A stretch of 64,000 nt of DNA from the human T2T-CHM13v2.0 reference genome, Homo sapiens. The stretch lies in assembly GCF_009914755.1 (NCBI RefSeq), contig NC_060931.1, one strand, 5' to 3'. The position numbers were made by a program, and so were the translations under genes. The notes under the pieces were generated by a model, which saw only the letters and a list, made by a program, of their open reading frames with translations, ran no database searches and had not been told where the DNA came from. Shown one piece after another: positions 62,470 to 64,000 of the stretch (position 1 is its first letter; each line of letters starts with the position of its first letter).

Positions 62470-62907
62470 GAACCACAGCCACTAAAAGAAGATCAGAGTT
62501 AACAGTTGGACAGAGAGGGGTTATTTCTGCATGTTGGAGATGCTTGTGTTCACAGAGTAGCTGTGTTTATCATTAATAATAATAATAATAAAAAGTTATG
62601 CCTCTCATCAGTAAGCATAGCCTTTAAAAGCTAGGCATATTCAGGGAAACAAATTCATCCACTTCTGACATCGGTTGCAGGGTCTTACCTCTGGCAACAG
62701 ATTAATGCATTAGCAAGGAACCCAAATGAAAAGTGCTTATGTAGACAGCACAATGGCTGTGATTTAGTAATGTTCGTACAGCAATTTATATTTACTGAGT
62801 GCTACAATGGTTTCTATTATTTATTCTTCAAGAGAAATCCATGAGGTACTGTCTTCATTTTTTTAGGTGAGGAAAATAAGGCATAGGGAAATTAATATGG
62901 AATCACA

Positions 62908-63047
62908 GAGATCAAGTCAGGTTGTGCCTGTACACACAAAAATAACCTTTTAGAAAGGAAAAATGAGCTTAAGTTACGAGATCAAGTCAGGTTGTGCCTG
63001 TACACACAAAAATAACCTTTTAGAAAGGAAAAATGAGCTTAAGTTAC
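62908..63047. repeat. Perfect 70-bp tandem duplication
   Basis: gagatcaagtcagg...gagcttaagttac at 62908-62977 and 62978-63047, identical. Confidence 0.97.
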
Positions 63048-63064
63048 TTGCTTGACATTAAATA

Positions 63065-63135
63065 TTACATTGGTGCAAAAGTAATTGTGGTTTTTAATTG
63101 TGGTGAAAACCGCAAATACTCTTGTACCAACCTAA
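63065..63135. mobile_element. MADE1 (Hsmar1 mariner MITE)
   Basis: ttacattggtgcaaaagtaattgtggttttt...aaaaccgcaaatactcttgtaccaacctaa palindrome, TA on both flanks. Confidence 0.9.
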
Positions 63136-64000
63136 TAGAGCAGTGGACACTGACATATTTTCTTAGCAGTAAAAACAACCCCCCCCCAAAAAAGTCACAT
63201 ACAATTCCAATTTACAAACAAGATAACAATTACACAGCATTAGTAAACCAAATATAAATTTCTAACGTTTACTAATTATTAGGGCAATCAATGCTTTAGG
63301 AACATAAACTTTGAAATCAGAGGGCATGTATAATAGTTCCAAGCTTCTATCACTCTCAGCTTCTGTGAATTTCAGAACTTCTGAACTCCAGAGTCTGCAG
63401 GCTTTAGGAAGAAAGTGTTTGCCTAAACATAACAGGTCAAAAGTATAAATTCAGTAAAACTACTTTGTTTGCATAAACCTAATGACATAGTGTGTATGCT
63501 GGGAATGTACTTGAACCTTTGAATTCAGTTGTTTAATTAGTGAGCTATTGTGGTGGGGGTGGAGTGAGTGGGGAAACCCACAGAGGAGGAGCCTCCGCTG
63601 AGTGATTTAAAGCGTGCAGGAAAGAAGGCCTGTGGCCTGTGTATGCATAGGGGGAGCTCCTCCCTAATCCTCATTATAGATTTGTGTTCTCTAAAGCCGG
63701 AAACGACAAACTAAAATTAAGTAAAGAGATGCTAACGGTTATATTAATTTTTAAAGAAGAAACAACAGCCTGCAGCTGATGATGTGTTGGCTGGAATGGC
63801 CTGAGCCGCTGGGAAAGAATTTAATGGAACTAGAGCTTTTAAAAGTCATATGAGTTCAAAAGGGGAAACAGGAAAAATAAATAAAGAGAAGTAGGCAGAA
63901 AGAACAGGTGAGATTCAGCTGAGTGAAGTTGATGGCATAACATATGCTGAGGCCACACATTTCCAACAACAGTCCATCAGCCATGAGCTGAGTTATGGCT

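Overview
Primate (most likely human) genomic DNA lying inside a very large minus-strand gene. The only host exon I can find is a 137-bp minus-strand coding exon (15117-15253), too short for the ORF track. It reads (G)[45 protein letters not shown], the C-terminal end of the Venus-flytrap domain of metabotropic glutamate receptor 8 (GRM8), and it ends in a non-canonical GC splice donor. The rest is intron packed with transposable elements: a twin-primed (5'-inverted) L1PA2-type insertion, a tiny 5'-truncated L1PA2, a full-length but dead L1PA4/5-type element 3.9 kb upstream of the exon, older L1 fragments, about 14 Alu/FLAM/FRAM copies, MIR/L2 relics, DNA-transposon MITEs (MER8, MER2, MER20, MER33, MER91A, MADE1), solo LTRs (LTR8A, MLT1, MST/THE1), and an internally deleted HERV-L provirus with both MLT2A LTRs. 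All long ORFs in the track are L1 or ERV-L remnants. The most interesting arrangement is around the exon. An upstream L1 antisense promoter with surviving splice donors points at it, and its weak GC donor is followed by an in-frame stop and sense-oriented L1 poly(A) signals. This could split GRM8 into a soluble ligand-binding half and a 'headless' 7TM half (inference, untested). Several small repair or duplication scars are directly visible. Repeat subfamily names and GRM8 isoform details come from memory of consensus sequences, not from a search.
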